Positions 1 through 10,260 of a DNA stretch of 64,000 bases are shown here, in pieces. The DNA is taken from the IMG/VR virus record IMGVR_UViG_3300042507_006854, positions 82,950 through 146,949 of that record. The stretch is one strand, 5' to 3'. This stretch comes from a virus. The notes beneath the pieces were generated by a model. It was not told the DNA's origin and did no database searches. It saw nothing but the letters and a program-made list of their open reading frames with translations. Every line of letters starts with the position of its first letter. Position 1 is the stretch's first letter. The translations under genes were made by a program, and so were the position numbers.

Positions 1-1
1 T

Positions 2-991
2 GAACTAGTAAAACTTTCAGCCAGTAGAATCAAGACATTACAATCATGCTCTTGGATGTATTATTGCAATTATAATCTTAAATTGCCACAAAAGAATAAT
101 TCCGGAGCAATGCGTGGCACTGTAGCGCATTTAATCTTCGAAGTGTTGGCTAATCCTCGGCACGAGCATTACGTTAAAAAAATTGTAAAAAATAAAACGT
201 GCCTAAAGTCTCCAGCAGTTTTTAAATTAATTATAAAGGCCGCTAAGCGCGAAGGGCTCGATTTAGATGAAATGGTCGCACCACTTAAAAAGAGTGGGCA
301 AGAAATAACTAATCTTAAATGTATAGATGAGATGATTTTAGTTGGTTTAAAATTTGATTTTATTGGAGATTATAAACTTATTGGTTCGGAATGGGAGTTC
401 GATATTACCAGTGAGGAACCCAAGTATAGAATTGGTGGATTTGTTGACCGAATCTTTAAAGATAAAAATCAAATGATTATTCGAGATTTTAAATCTAGTA
501 AGAAGGCTTTTAAAGGAGACGAATTAGAAAGTAACCTACAAGGAATGATGTACTCTCTAGCTCTTCGTAAAAAATACAAAAAACAAAAAGATATTTTAGT
601 TAGATTCTTATTTTTAAGATATCCCGATGATCCAGAAAGAGAGTGCCCGCATTTCAATGAAGAGGAGTTAATTGGTTTTGAGCATTACCTTGAATATATT
701 AGTGAATATTTAAAAAACTTTGATGAAAAAAAGGCTCGATCAAATTTTGCTTCTAGCGAATTTAGTCGTAAATGGATGTGCAAAACAAAATCTGGATGGC
801 GTTGTCCATACTTAGATCCAATTGAATATAAGGTTCTTATAGATAAAGATGGTAAAACTATTAAATCAATTTTTGCAAATGAAGAGTTTAAAGAAAAAGA
901 TTTAAAACCCGAATATCGTATTGAAGTAAGAAAATATGAAGGATGTCCAGCTTGGAAGCAAACTCAATCAAATAATGACTTTGACTTTTAA
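2..991 (+). CDS. PD-(D/E)XK (RecB/Cas4-like) nuclease, 5'-truncated by window edge
   Basis: Frame is open from base 2 (ELVKLSASRIKTLQSCSWMYY...); motifs GTVAHLIFE, GFVDRI, IRDFKS, Q..MY and C-terminal Cys residues. Confidence 0.8.
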   Translation, partial: ELVKLSASRIKTLQSCSWMYYCNYNLKLPQKNNSGAMRGTVAHLIFEVLANPRHEHYVKKIVKNKTCLKSPAVFKLIIKAAKREGLDLDEMVAPLKKSGQEITNLKCIDEMILVGLKFDFIGDYKLIGSEWEFDITSEEPKYRIGGFVDRIFKDKNQMIIRDFKSSKKAFKGDELESNLQGMMYSLALRKKYKKQKDILVRFLFLRYPDDPERECPHFNEEELIGFEHYLEYISEYLKNFDEKKARSNFASSEFSRKWMCKTKSGWRCPYLDPIEYKVLIDKDGKTIKSIFANEEFKEKDLKPEYRIEVRKYEGCPAWKQTQSNNDFDF

Positions 992-1017
992 AAAAAGTAT
1001 TGTTAATATTAGGTTCA

Positions 1018-1767
1018 ATGCTACCAATCTTTAGATCAAACTACTCGTTGAGTTCGGTTCTTACTCTAGAGCCATATTCTCCTATAGAGAATCGTGCTTT
1101 AAACCAACCCGACTCTGTATTTGATATTTGTAAAGACTATGGTATTGAAGATGTTTTTATTGTTGATAACACCTTAACTGGAATGGTAGAAGCTTATGAA
1201 AATTCAAAAAAAGCAGGTTTAAATCTACGTTTTGGATATCGAGTAAACGTTTGTCAAGATATTGAAAATAAAACTCCAGAGTCTGAACTTACAGAAAGCA
1301 AATTTATTATTTTTGCTCTTAAAAATTCGTTTACAGATTTAATTAAATTGCATAATATTTCTACTACAAAAGGAATTTATAATGGAAAACCTCGTCTTGA
1401 TTTTAAAACTTTAAAAGAAAATTGGAGTAAAAATCTTTTGTTTGCGGTACCATTTTATGATTCATATATTTATTATAATCTTTTATATGGTCGTCAATGC
1501 GTTCCAGAATTAGATTTCACTGATCCTGTTTATTTTATTGAGAATAATGGCTTACCATTTGACGATCTTTTAAGTAGTCATATTAAAGAAACAATTAAAG
1601 ATCATGAAATCGTTTTGTCTAAAACAATTTATTATCGTGAGAGAAAAGATTTTAAATCTTATATGACGTATCGCTGTATTTTGAATCGGACAACATTCCA
1701 AAAACCAGAGCTACGTCATTTTGGAAGCCAAGAATTTTGTATGGAGGCACTGAAAGAAAATGCATAG
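1018..1767 (+). CDS. PHP-domain N-terminal part of DNA polymerase III alpha (split gene)
   Basis: S.YSL..., D..L.G....Y, G+N+.FG, L.KL....-type PHP motifs of the DnaE N-terminus; lies upstream of a DnaE lacking its PHP domain. Confidence 0.7.
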   Translation: MLPIFRSNYSLSSVLTLEPYSPIENRALNQPDSVFDICKDYGIEDVFIVDNTLTGMVEAYENSKKAGLNLRFGYRVNVCQDIENKTPESELTESKFIIFALKNSFTDLIKLHNISTTKGIYNGKPRLDFKTLKENWSKNLLFAVPFYDSYIYYNLLYGRQCVPELDFTDPVYFIENNGLPFDDLLSSHIKETIKDHEIVLSKTIYYRERKDFKSYMTYRCILNRTTFQKPELRHFGSQEFCMEALKENA

Positions 1768-2392
1768 TAATCTTCTACGTTTTAATAAAAAGCAAAAATA
1801 TATTGTTTTTGATACGGAAACCGAATCTTTAGCATTAGCTTTAACTAGGCCTTGGCAACTTTCTTGGCTAGTTTATGATGATCATAAAATTGTTAAAAAT
1901 GAAGATCACATGCTTTATTGGAAAGATTTGAATGTTTCTGCTGATGCGGCTAGAATTACAAGATTCGATTATAATAATTGGAAAGAAAAATCTGAAGACC
2001 CAAAAGAAGTTCTCCAACTTTTTGAAAGCTATCTTTACAATCCAGATTATCTAATAGTTGGCGCAAATCTTTTCGGGTTTGACATTTATGTTATAAATAC
2101 GTTACGCAGAATTTTAGGATTGAAATCAGACTTTTCATATCTTGATCGTGTTTTAGATATACAATGTATTCAAAAAGGTATATATATGGGACTGAAATCT
2201 GTTCCAGAAAATAGAACAGCTTGGCAATATCAAATGTATCATTATGTCAAGAAAGGGGTAAAGACTTCTGTTAAACATCTATGTGGTCTTTATGATATCG
2301 AATATAATGATTTAAAAGCTCACGATGCTGTTTATGATAACGAAAAGTGTCTTGAAATTTTTAAGAAACAAATTTTGACAATTGAAATATGA
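1760..2392 (+). CDS. DEDDh 3'-5' exonuclease (DnaQ/epsilon-like)
   Basis: FDTETE, N..GFD and AHDAVYD motifs. Confidence 0.85.
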   Translation: MHSNLLRFNKKQKYIVFDTETESLALALTRPWQLSWLVYDDHKIVKNEDHMLYWKDLNVSADAARITRFDYNNWKEKSEDPKEVLQLFESYLYNPDYLIVGANLFGFDIYVINTLRRILGLKSDFSYLDRVLDIQCIQKGIYMGLKSVPENRTAWQYQMYHYVKKGVKTSVKHLCGLYDIEYNDLKAHDAVYDNEKCLEIFKKQILTIEI

Positions 2393-4923
2393 AATTTTTA
2401 GAACAATTTAAAAATATTGAGATGAAAAATGTCAACCTTGTGAGGTTGCCAAATATTTCTTTTACAAAAGAAGAGAAAGGTTTATTGGCTGAAAAAGCAG
2501 AAACAAACGAACAATTCCTTCAACAATTAGTAAATGAAGGATGGAAAAAGTTTCGTGATAAGATCCCAGAGCATAAAAAGAAAATCTATCTTGATCGTAT
2601 CAAAGAAGAATTTGACATTGTCAAAGATTTAGGTTTTATTGATTACTTTCTTCTTGTTTGGCGTGTTATAAACAAAGCTCGTCAGCTTGGGGCTTTTATT
2701 GACTGGGGTCGTGGTTCAGCGGCGGGTAGTCTTATTTTCTATTTGATTGGCGTTACTGGTGTTGACCCAATCGATAAGAATCTTTTCTTTACTCGTTTTA
2801 TTTCTAAAACTCGTGCTAAAAAAGAAGTCATTGACGGAGTCACTTATATTCAAGGAGATCTTGCTCCAGATGTTGATATTAACTTGGGTGGAGTTCGTGA
2901 TGAGATTATTGAGTGGCTTAAAAAATGCTACCCGAATAAAGTTTGCAAAATTTCTTCTGTTTCTACTTTTTCTGGAAAAATTCTGGTTAAAGATGTTTTT
3001 AAAATCATGAATGAGGCCTCGGAAGAAGATGCCAGTCATTTAGCAGATACTATTGGCAAGCATTTCGGAGTTGTTGAAGATATTGAAGATTCTTATAAGA
3101 ATAGCGAGAAGTTTCGTGATTGGGCTGATCGTTACGCAGAAACTTACCAAGTAGCTTTAAAATTGCGCGGATTAATTCGTGGGAAATCTACTCATGCAAG
3201 CGGATATTTTCTTTCATATTACCCTCTTGACAAGTTTGCTCCTGTCGAGATGAATAAAGAAGGTGAGTTAACCATTTCTTATGAAATGAATACTGCGGCG
3301 AAGTTTGGTATCAAACTTGATCTTCTTGGTCTTATTAGTAATGAGATTATTAAAAATGTCTTTGAATTAATTTCAGAAAAATTTGAAGATATTAATCTTG
3401 ATGATAATCCAGAAGTTTATACTCATCTTCAACGTGAGGACTTGCTTCCATATGGACTCTATCAAATTAGTGCTGATTGTGCTTATCGTGTTTGCAAAAA
3501 CATTCGTCCAGCAAATATTGCACATTTGAGTGACGTAAATGCTATAGCCCGACCTGGAGCCCTTGCTTACGAAAAAGATTACATTAATTTTAGTGGAGAA
3601 GCTCCACATGAAAAACTCGCCCCAGTATTTGCGGAAACGCGTAATCTTCCTCTTTATCAAGAACAATTAATTCAAGCTCTTGTTACGGTTGGTTTTACTG
3701 CTGACGAGTCTGAATATATTCGTCGTATTATTGGTAAAAAGAAACGGGACGAAATGCCCAAGTGGAAAGATAAAGTTTTCGAGATCTGTGAAAAGAATGG
3801 GTTTGGAGAACAGGTTGCGGAAGCTATTTGGAAAGTCATGTTGGATTCCGCTGACTACAGTTTTAATAAATCGCATTCTTACTGTGTTGCCTATCTGGGA
3901 GCTTTAACTGTTTATCTCAAATATAAGTATCCTTTGGAATTTTTTACGGCATGTCTTAACGCTATTCAAAAGCTTCCTGATCCTATGGACGAAATCAGAC
4001 AGATCGAGAGGGAACTGCCTTATTTTAATATAAAATTGCTTCCGCCAAGCTTATTGAAGTCGGACATAGGATTTACAGTCGAGGGCAAAAATATTAGATA
4101 TGGTTTAAGCGCAATTAAAGGCGTTTCAGATAGCTCAATTGAAAAACTTATTAAATTCCGTGGAGAATATGATAATAAGATTGATTGTTTCTTAGCTGCA
4201 AAACAGGCCGGATTAAACATTGGTATTGTTTCATCCCTTATTCAAGCTGGAGCGCTTGACGATCTTGGTTCGTCACGCCCACATCTTGTTTTACAGGTTC
4301 AAGCCTTTAATCTCTTAACCGATAAAGAAAAACGTCTTGTGAAGGGTTTGCACGATGAAGGCGAAAATAAAAATATTCTTAGTATTATTCAATTGCTTGT
4401 AGATAAAAAGCAAATTAAAGAATCTCGTTTTGAGACGTTTAAGAAAAAGTATGCGTCTTATAAACAAATTTATGAGTTAAATAGTCGAAACGAGGCACTT
4501 ACAAATTATTTTTATGAAAAGAATTGTCTGGGTTTTAGTTATAGTCAAAACCTCACTGAGATCTTTAAACAAGGTAACCATAATTTTATTACTATTAAAG
4601 ACGCTTTTGAAACTAAAGAAGATAATGATAGAGTATTGTTAATTGGGGAAATTGTTGAACCACCAAGACAATCTAAATCTAGAAATGGTAATAAATTTTT
4701 TAAAGCGAATGTGGCCGATGATACCGGTAAAATTTCAGTTCTTCTTTTTGATGGTCGCTTTGGACTGTTTGAAGATTGTAAAGATAAGAATGGTGGCGCA
4801 TTCCCAGAAGAGGAAGATATTGTAATTGTTAAAGGGCGTTTAAAAGGAACAGATGCTATCTTTGCAGATGAGATAGTTAAGCAAGACTGTAAAATATATA
4901 AGAATATGAGAGACTTAAAATAA
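2389..4923 (+). CDS. dnaE: DNA polymerase III alpha subunit, catalytic part
   Basis: GRGSAAGSL, PDVDI, STHASG, KLDLLGL, YQEQ, FNKSH, RYGLSAIKGV and C-terminal OB fold. Confidence 0.95.
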   Translation: MKFLEQFKNIEMKNVNLVRLPNISFTKEEKGLLAEKAETNEQFLQQLVNEGWKKFRDKIPEHKKKIYLDRIKEEFDIVKDLGFIDYFLLVWRVINKARQLGAFIDWGRGSAAGSLIFYLIGVTGVDPIDKNLFFTRFISKTRAKKEVIDGVTYIQGDLAPDVDINLGGVRDEIIEWLKKCYPNKVCKISSVSTFSGKILVKDVFKIMNEASEEDASHLADTIGKHFGVVEDIEDSYKNSEKFRDWADRYAETYQVALKLRGLIRGKSTHASGYFLSYYPLDKFAPVEMNKEGELTISYEMNTAAKFGIKLDLLGLISNEIIKNVFELISEKFEDINLDDNPEVYTHLQREDLLPYGLYQISADCAYRVCKNIRPANIAHLSDVNAIARPGALAYEKDYINFSGEAPHEKLAPVFAETRNLPLYQEQLIQALVTVGFTADESEYIRRIIGKKKRDEMPKWKDKVFEICEKNGFGEQVAEAIWKVMLDSADYSFNKSHSYCVAYLGALTVYLKYKYPLEFFTACLNAIQKLPDPMDEIRQIERELPYFNIKLLPPSLLKSDIGFTVEGKNIRYGLSAIKGVSDSSIEKLIKFRGEYDNKIDCFLAAKQAGLNIGIVSSLIQAGALDDLGSSRPHLVLQVQAFNLLTDKEKRLVKGLHDEGENKNILSIIQLLVDKKQIKESRFETFKKKYASYKQIYELNSRNEALTNYFYEKNCLGFSYSQNLTEIFKQGNHNFITIKDAFETKEDNDRVLLIGEIVEPPRQSKSRNGNKFFKANVADDTGKISVLLFDGRFGLFEDCKDKNGGAFPEEEDIVIVKGRLKGTDAIFADEIVKQDCKIYKNMRDLK

Positions 4924-5682
4924 TTAGTATTCTTTAACAATTTCAAAAGAACCTTCTACATACCCACCGGCACTTACAGTAGACTCAGAACTTGTAAGCT
5001 TACCATTTTGAATACTCGTATTAACACCGCCGCCGCCACCACAAATAGCGCCCACGCTTACAGTCACATTGTCAGAACCAGGGCATTGAGTTACAGCACG
5101 ACCAGCATTTAAACCACGAGCGGTAATTGATTGTCTTGCGCTTCTAAAAGTAATCCCTAAAGCCGTTTGAGAACCTAGAATATAAATAGGTTCCCATTCT
5201 ATAGATGCATTATATTCAAAACCAATAGCATTAGAAATTGCGGCAGAAGCAGATCCATGTCCAATTGGGGCGTCTTGTACAGTTCCCCCTCCGCCTTGAC
5301 TCATAGGGCCACCACCAGGACCAAAAACAGTAAATGATAAAGATCCATTTACAATTGCATTTGCTTCTGCTGATAGCGTATGGCTTGTTAAATAAGCTTT
5401 TGCAAAAGATTGACCTCCAATAGAAACACTAGTTCCCTGATAAACTCCTGGATTAGCGACAATTGCTGAAAAAATACTAAAACCGGGGTCGCCAGCCGAA
5501 ATAATATAATCAATATTAATAGTTCCTTCTACCGCCCCATTTGGAATGGTAGCAATAGCATTTTTCTGACCTAGGACTCTGACGCCCTCCATAGGAACTT
5601 GGAAAGAATAACTAGCGCTATTGGCGTATAGATTAGATCCGCCAACATTTACAGAAACATTTGTATAATTAATAAGGGACAT
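4924..5682 (-). CDS. putative virion structural protein (tail tube-like, internally duplicated)
   Basis: Beta-rich two-fold repeat (..VRVLG.. / ..IYILG..); paralog of the neighbouring gene; RTGTAA motif upstream. Confidence 0.45.
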   Translation of the reverse strand: MSLINYTNVSVNVGGSNLYANSASYSFQVPMEGVRVLGQKNAIATIPNGAVEGTINIDYIISAGDPGFSIFSAIVANPGVYQGTSVSIGGQSFAKAYLTSHTLSAEANAIVNGSLSFTVFGPGGGPMSQGGGGTVQDAPIGHGSASAAISNAIGFEYNASIEWEPIYILGSQTALGITFRSARQSITARGLNAGRAVTQCPGSDNVTVSVGAICGGGGGVNTSIQNGKLTSSESTVSAGGYVEGSFEIVKEY

Positions 5683-5693
5683 ATTAATATAAT

Positions 5694-6488
5694 TTACATT
5701 AAAAATGAACGAAAGGTCAGCTCCATTGTGGTAGAATTTTCCACATCTCCGTTATAATTAGTTGAAACAAGTCTAGCGTTTGGAGCATAGAAACTTTCTA
5801 TAATTTGAGAATTATCACAATTTTTAAGATCTATAGTTATATTCTGAATATCGGGAGAACAAAGTAGTGTTTGTATATCGGGCGATTCGTAATCATCTAT
5901 TTCTAAAGTTAAATTAAAATCAATAGAAATTGGTTTTTTAAGGAAAACATCGGCGGGATCAAAACTTCCAAGTACGAATATTGGAACTCTTTCACATGAT
6001 ACATTATATTCAAATGAGGTAATACGATTAGTAGTGCCTTGATTTGCGGATACAAAAATATTACCAAAATTAGCCACATAAATTTTATCTGAATTAATGG
6101 AGGGAGTAATCGGGGTTGTTATATTACCCCCAATATTACCATATACAACAAATTCCGTATCTATATTAGCAATATCACCAACAGAACAGCTAGCATTATA
6201 ATTTACTAAATAACCGCTTTGAAAGCCAAAAGATTGATTTTTATAATTTACAAATCCATTACAGGGAGCATCTCCAGTTAAAGATTTTAAAGGATCGGCA
6301 TTAATTAAAAATCTACTAAAATTTATATTTCTAGTTAATTCTCCTTGAACTGTTGCGCCAAAGTTATTTCCTAATAAATCCACATTCTCATACGGAATGT
6401 CGATATTTCCATTAAAACTAGTAACTCCAGAAAGCTCTTGGCCATTTATAATTAGTTTTTGATCTGGATGTATTATTCTACCGTACAT
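5694..6488 (-). CDS. putative virion structural protein (tail tube-like, internally duplicated)
   Basis: Same two-fold repeat pattern (..VDLLG.. / ..IFVLG..); GTGTAA motif upstream. Confidence 0.45.
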   Translation of the reverse strand: MYGRIIHPDQKLIINGQELSGVTSFNGNIDIPYENVDLLGNNFGATVQGELTRNINFSRFLINADPLKSLTGDAPCNGFVNYKNQSFGFQSGYLVNYNASCSVGDIANIDTEFVVYGNIGGNITTPITPSINSDKIYVANFGNIFVSANQGTTNRITSFEYNVSCERVPIFVLGSFDPADVFLKKPISIDFNLTLEIDDYESPDIQTLLCSPDIQNITIDLKNCDNSQIIESFYAPNARLVSTNYNGDVENSTTMELTFRSFLM

Positions 6489-6548
6489 AACTTATTTTAC
6501 ACTTATTTAAGGGTGGCTTAATTTTTATAATTAATGTAAATTATATAT

Positions 6549-7430
6549 ATGCCGATTCCAAATCCTAAAAAATCAGAAAAACAGGGAGATTTTGTTTCTC
6601 GTTGTATGGGCGATGAAACTATGAATAAAGATTTTCCTGATCAAAAGCAACGCGCCGCAGTTTGTTATTCACAGTTTAAGAAAGCTAATGCGAGCATTGA
6701 AGCGGCAGAAAGTTTAGAAGAGTATAAGCAAGATTTTTTCAATATGTCTGTAGGGTCTTTAAATTCTATTAAAAAACATGCAGAAAATATTCTAGATTCT
6801 TTAAATGATCCGATGGTTAAAAATAATTTAACCGAATCTTGGTTACAGGGAAAAATTGCTATTACTGAAGATTACATGTTAACAATTCATAATTATGTAA
6901 TGTTTGTAGATGAAAATGGAGAGGAATCAGAAGAATCAGAAGTAGACGCTGCTGCAGAAGATCTTACTGTAGATAATCTTTATATTCCAGAAGAATCTGA
7001 ATATGTTTCTGCAGAAGAAGTAGTATTTGATGAAAATGATGTTGTAGAAATAGACATTGCAAAAGAAAGACCTGGTCTTTGGGAAAATATTAGACGTAAA
7101 AAGAAAAGAGAAGGCAAAAATTATAAGCCAGCAAAACCTGGGGATAAAGATCGCCCATCTTCAGAAGCTTGGAAAAAAGCTCAAGGCGCTGAATACCAAG
7201 GTCGAAAAGTCACTTTAAATAAACCATTCAGAACTCCAGGTGGTCCTAAAAAATTTGCCGTATATACTAAAAATCAAAGCGGTAATGTTGTAATCGTAAG
7301 ATTCGGTGACCCGAATATGAAAATTAAAAAGAATATTCCTGAGCGCAGAAAAAGTTTTCGAGCCCGACATAATTGTTCGAGTCCTGGTCCAAAATGGAAA
7401 GCTAGATATTGGGCTTGCAAAAGTTGGTAA
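6549..7430 (+). CDS. multi-module phage hypothetical protein
   Basis: Modules PNP...FVSRCM...QRAAVC, GLWENIRRK and GRKVTLNKPFRTPGGPKKFAVY...VRFGD...YWACKSW, typical of large aquatic phages. Confidence 0.7.
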   Translation: MPIPNPKKSEKQGDFVSRCMGDETMNKDFPDQKQRAAVCYSQFKKANASIEAAESLEEYKQDFFNMSVGSLNSIKKHAENILDSLNDPMVKNNLTESWLQGKIAITEDYMLTIHNYVMFVDENGEESEESEVDAAAEDLTVDNLYIPEESEYVSAEEVVFDENDVVEIDIAKERPGLWENIRRKKKREGKNYKPAKPGDKDRPSSEAWKKAQGAEYQGRKVTLNKPFRTPGGPKKFAVYTKNQSGNVVIVRFGDPNMKIKKNIPERRKSFRARHNCSSPGPKWKARYWACKSW

Positions 7431-7474
7431 ATTTTATTGACTAGTTAAAAAAATAGTTCTATCATATTGGCTAT

Positions 7475-7762
7475 ATGATAGTAACATGGACAGTAGAAGG
7501 TGTCGATTGGTCAAAAAATATAAAAGCGAGTATTGACTCCGAGCCTTCTGAAATTGCCACCCGTGGGGTAGAATCTATTTTAGAATCACTAAAAACAGAA
7601 GAAGATTCAATTCAGTTCGGCGCTATTTTGAGAGTCTTTCATAATAAAATGAAAGACGAAGGCGAGCATTGGATTATTTATGCTCCACCAATTTTAGCTA
7701 ATGCTGGTCATTATCAAGATGCCGAAGAGCTTAAGCAAGCCTCGGAAAGAGAATTCTTGTGA
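7475..7762 (+). CDS. hypothetical protein
   Basis: ORF behind TTGACT-N17-TATCAT promoter-like sequence; overlaps the next start. Confidence 0.7.
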   Translation: MIVTWTVEGVDWSKNIKASIDSEPSEIATRGVESILESLKTEEDSIQFGAILRVFHNKMKDEGEHWIIYAPPILANAGHYQDAEELKQASEREFL

Positions 7763-8997
7763 ACAAGCACCTTACATATGAAGAATACCGACAAATTTTG
7801 GAATCTCTTCTTGAGCATCATGGGGTATTTTATCAATTTTGGCGTTTGGTTAAGCCTGTTTATAGTAATGATATTCCTACTGCATGCGTTGGCTTTAATA
7901 AAGAAGGTAATTGCATTGAATTTTTAATCAATAAAAAGTTTTGGGACAAACAATCAGAACATAATAAAAAATTTATTATTGCCCATGAATGTCTTCACGT
8001 AATAAATTCTCACGGAAAACGTGCTGGTAAAAAAATGTCAAACTTGGCAAATCAAGCAATGGATATTGTTGTCAATGAAAGTCTTGTAAAATATTTTAAA
8101 TTTAATCGAAAAGAGATAGATCCAAAGACTGAATATTATTGGATGGATAATTCATTTGATAATGATCCCAATATTCTCCCATGGAATAATTTTGAGTATT
8201 ATTATAATAGGCTATTAAAAGACGCTAAATTTGTAAAGAACAAACAACTTATTAATGATCATAGTGGTCTTGGAGATTTTCCAGAAGACCATGTTCAACA
8301 GATTATTAATAATCTTTCAGAAGAAGACGCGGAAAGTCTTAAAAATATAACAGAAGATGCTCAGAAAAATTCACGTAAAAATGATGATAAATCTATAGGT
8401 AACATAAAGGGCGGGTTAATTCAAAAAATTGAAAATAAACCAACTCAATATAAAAAGAAATGGGAAAGTATTATAAGGCGTTTTGAAAAGAAAATGTCTA
8501 AAGATGAGGGTTTGGAGTCACACTGGATAATGAAAGATCGTCGTTTATATAATCTTAATTTTAATATTTTTCTTCCATCTGATATAGAACAAACATTAAG
8601 AAAAACAGAAAGTGAGAAAGTTGCTACATGGTTTTTTATGGATACTAGTGGTTCTTGTTGGGGTTTAGCTCAACGCTTTTTCCAAGCGGCCAAAAGTTTA
8701 GACCCAGAAAAATTTGATGTTAAATATTTTGCTTTTGATACGGAAGTATATGAAGTAGATTTAAAAAAACAAAAATTAGATGGCGGCGGAGGAACAAGTT
8801 TTCGTTGTATTACAGACTATATTTATAACAATAAAAAAGTAAAACCATTTGTTTGGATTTTAACTGATGGGTGGGGTTATGGCGCACAGATTCCAGAAGA
8901 CCAAAGAAAAAAATGGAATTGGTTCTTAACAGAAGATGGAACAACAGCTTATATCCCACAAGGATGTAAACTGCATGAGCTTAAGAATTTTGAATAA
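7759..8997 (+). CDS. HExxH metallopeptidase-like + VWA domain protein (MoxR partner type)
   Basis: AHECLH; MIDAS-like DTSGS, GGGT.F and LTDG motifs. Confidence 0.85.
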   Translation: MNKHLTYEEYRQILESLLEHHGVFYQFWRLVKPVYSNDIPTACVGFNKEGNCIEFLINKKFWDKQSEHNKKFIIAHECLHVINSHGKRAGKKMSNLANQAMDIVVNESLVKYFKFNRKEIDPKTEYYWMDNSFDNDPNILPWNNFEYYYNRLLKDAKFVKNKQLINDHSGLGDFPEDHVQQIINNLSEEDAESLKNITEDAQKNSRKNDDKSIGNIKGGLIQKIENKPTQYKKKWESIIRRFEKKMSKDEGLESHWIMKDRRLYNLNFNIFLPSDIEQTLRKTESEKVATWFFMDTSGSCWGLAQRFFQAAKSLDPEKFDVKYFAFDTEVYEVDLKKQKLDGGGGTSFRCITDYIYNNKKVKPFVWILTDGWGYGAQIPEDQRKKWNWFLTEDGTTAYIPQGCKLHELKNFE

Positions 8998-9000
8998 ATT

Positions 9001-9306
9001 TTAAGCATAATCCCAATCTGGATCTCCAGATAGATTATTTGGATTTCCAGGAGGATCGTTTAAAAATTTTTTCAATTCGTCTCCACAAAACTCTGCTGGC
9101 CTTGTCGCTGTCATATTTCCTTCTGAATCTGGGCCAGTTACCCTCCATTCGTCTGGATTATTTTTCATATCATCTCGAACTTTATCTAACGTATCTTGAG
9201 TGACGTTTTCACCATTATATACTGTAGCAGGATCATTTGGATTGGGTGGAAAAGTTACTTCAACGATTCTTTTGCAACATTTGGGTTTTCCAGGATGAAT
9301 TGTCAT
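9001..9306 (-). CDS. small CCxR / NPDxW / FCG family protein 4
   Basis: CCKR...NNPDEW...AEFCG, shared with three neighbours. Confidence 0.7.
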   Translation of the reverse strand: MTIHPGKPKCCKRIVEVTFPPNPNDPATVYNGENVTQDTLDKVRDDMKNNPDEWRVTGPDSEGNMTATRPAEFCGDELKKFLNDPPGNPNNLSGDPDWDYA

Positions 9307-9312
9307 AACGAG

Positions 9313-9594
9313 TTAGGGGGCAGGAATTCTTGAAAGACTACCTCCACAAAAAATACCATCTTTTATTAAAGTTATTGATCCATCTGGATTATCAACTCCA
9401 GTCCATTCATCAGGATTATTTTGTGCGTCATCAACAATACGCTCTACGTCTTGATCTCTAACATTAGAATCTTCTGATCCTTTAGAGTCTTTAGCGACAC
9501 TATATCCAGGATCGTTTTCATCATCGCTTGGAGGTTGTATATTTAAATAAATAGATCTACGACAGCAAGGTGGTGAAGGAGTATAATAAGCCAT
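9313..9594 (-). CDS. small CCxR / NPDxW / FCG family protein 3
   Basis: CCRR...NNPDEW...IFCG; ATGTAA motif upstream. Confidence 0.7.
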   Translation of the reverse strand: MAYYTPSPPCCRRSIYLNIQPPSDDENDPGYSVAKDSKGSEDSNVRDQDVERIVDDAQNNPDEWTGVDNPDGSITLIKDGIFCGGSLSRIPAP

Positions 9595-9617
9595 AATATA
9601 AATTTACATTTAAAAAA

Positions 9618-9929
9618 TTATAACCAACCGTTAAAATAACTACCGCAAAATTCAGCTTCTCTATAAAATGAACCGCCTGGATTTTGACCAGGTGGAACCG
9701 GACCACTCCATTTATCTGGATTATTTTTAAAATCATTAATTGCAGTTTGTGCCGCATGTGATGATAAAGGAGGATTTCCACCTCCTTTAGCTACATCCCA
9801 AAATTCACTACCAGGACCTGGTGGACCAACGTAAATTCTTCTTTTACAACAAATAAAAGGGCCTAAAAATCCTAATAAAAAAATACTATTAGCCAAACTG
9901 AATTCAATAATATTAATTAATGTATTCAT
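9618..9929 (-). CDS. small CCxR / NPDxW / FCG family protein 2 (hydrophobic N-terminus)
   Basis: CCKR...NNPDKW...AEFCG; GTGTAA motif upstream. Confidence 0.7.
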   Translation of the reverse strand: MNTLINIIEFSLANSIFLLGFLGPFICCKRRIYVGPPGPGSEFWDVAKGGGNPPLSSHAAQTAINDFKNNPDKWSGPVPPGQNPGGSFYREAEFCGSYFNGWL

Positions 9930-9948
9930 AATTTTTATATTACACTAG

Positions 9949-10260
9949 TTAAGAACCGAAATGTTCTATTTTTCCGCTCCCATTACAAAATGTGGCCATT
10001 CTTTGAAAAGTTTGTCGATTAGGATTTCCTGGTTTTTCAGTCCATTGATCGGGATTATCTATAAAGTCTTGCCTCATTTTTGCTTGATCTTCTTGTGATA
10101 AAGGTTCTCCGTCACCAGGTTTAGGATCATTTGGGTCACCGTTATCTCTTGAGTGCTCTGGGTCATCAAAATAATAATTTAAAGGCCCCTCATTTAACTG
10201 TTTAAATGACAAGGTTAGAAGTCTTCTACAGCAACCATCTGGAGGTCCACCAGCTTGCAT
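9949..10260 (-). CDS. small CCxR / NPDxW / FCG family protein 1
   Basis: CCRR...DNPDQW...ATFCN. Confidence 0.7.
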   Translation of the reverse strand: MQAGGPPDGCCRRLLTLSFKQLNEGPLNYYFDDPEHSRDNGDPNDPKPGDGEPLSQEDQAKMRQDFIDNPDQWTEKPGNPNRQTFQRMATFCNGSGKIEHFGS

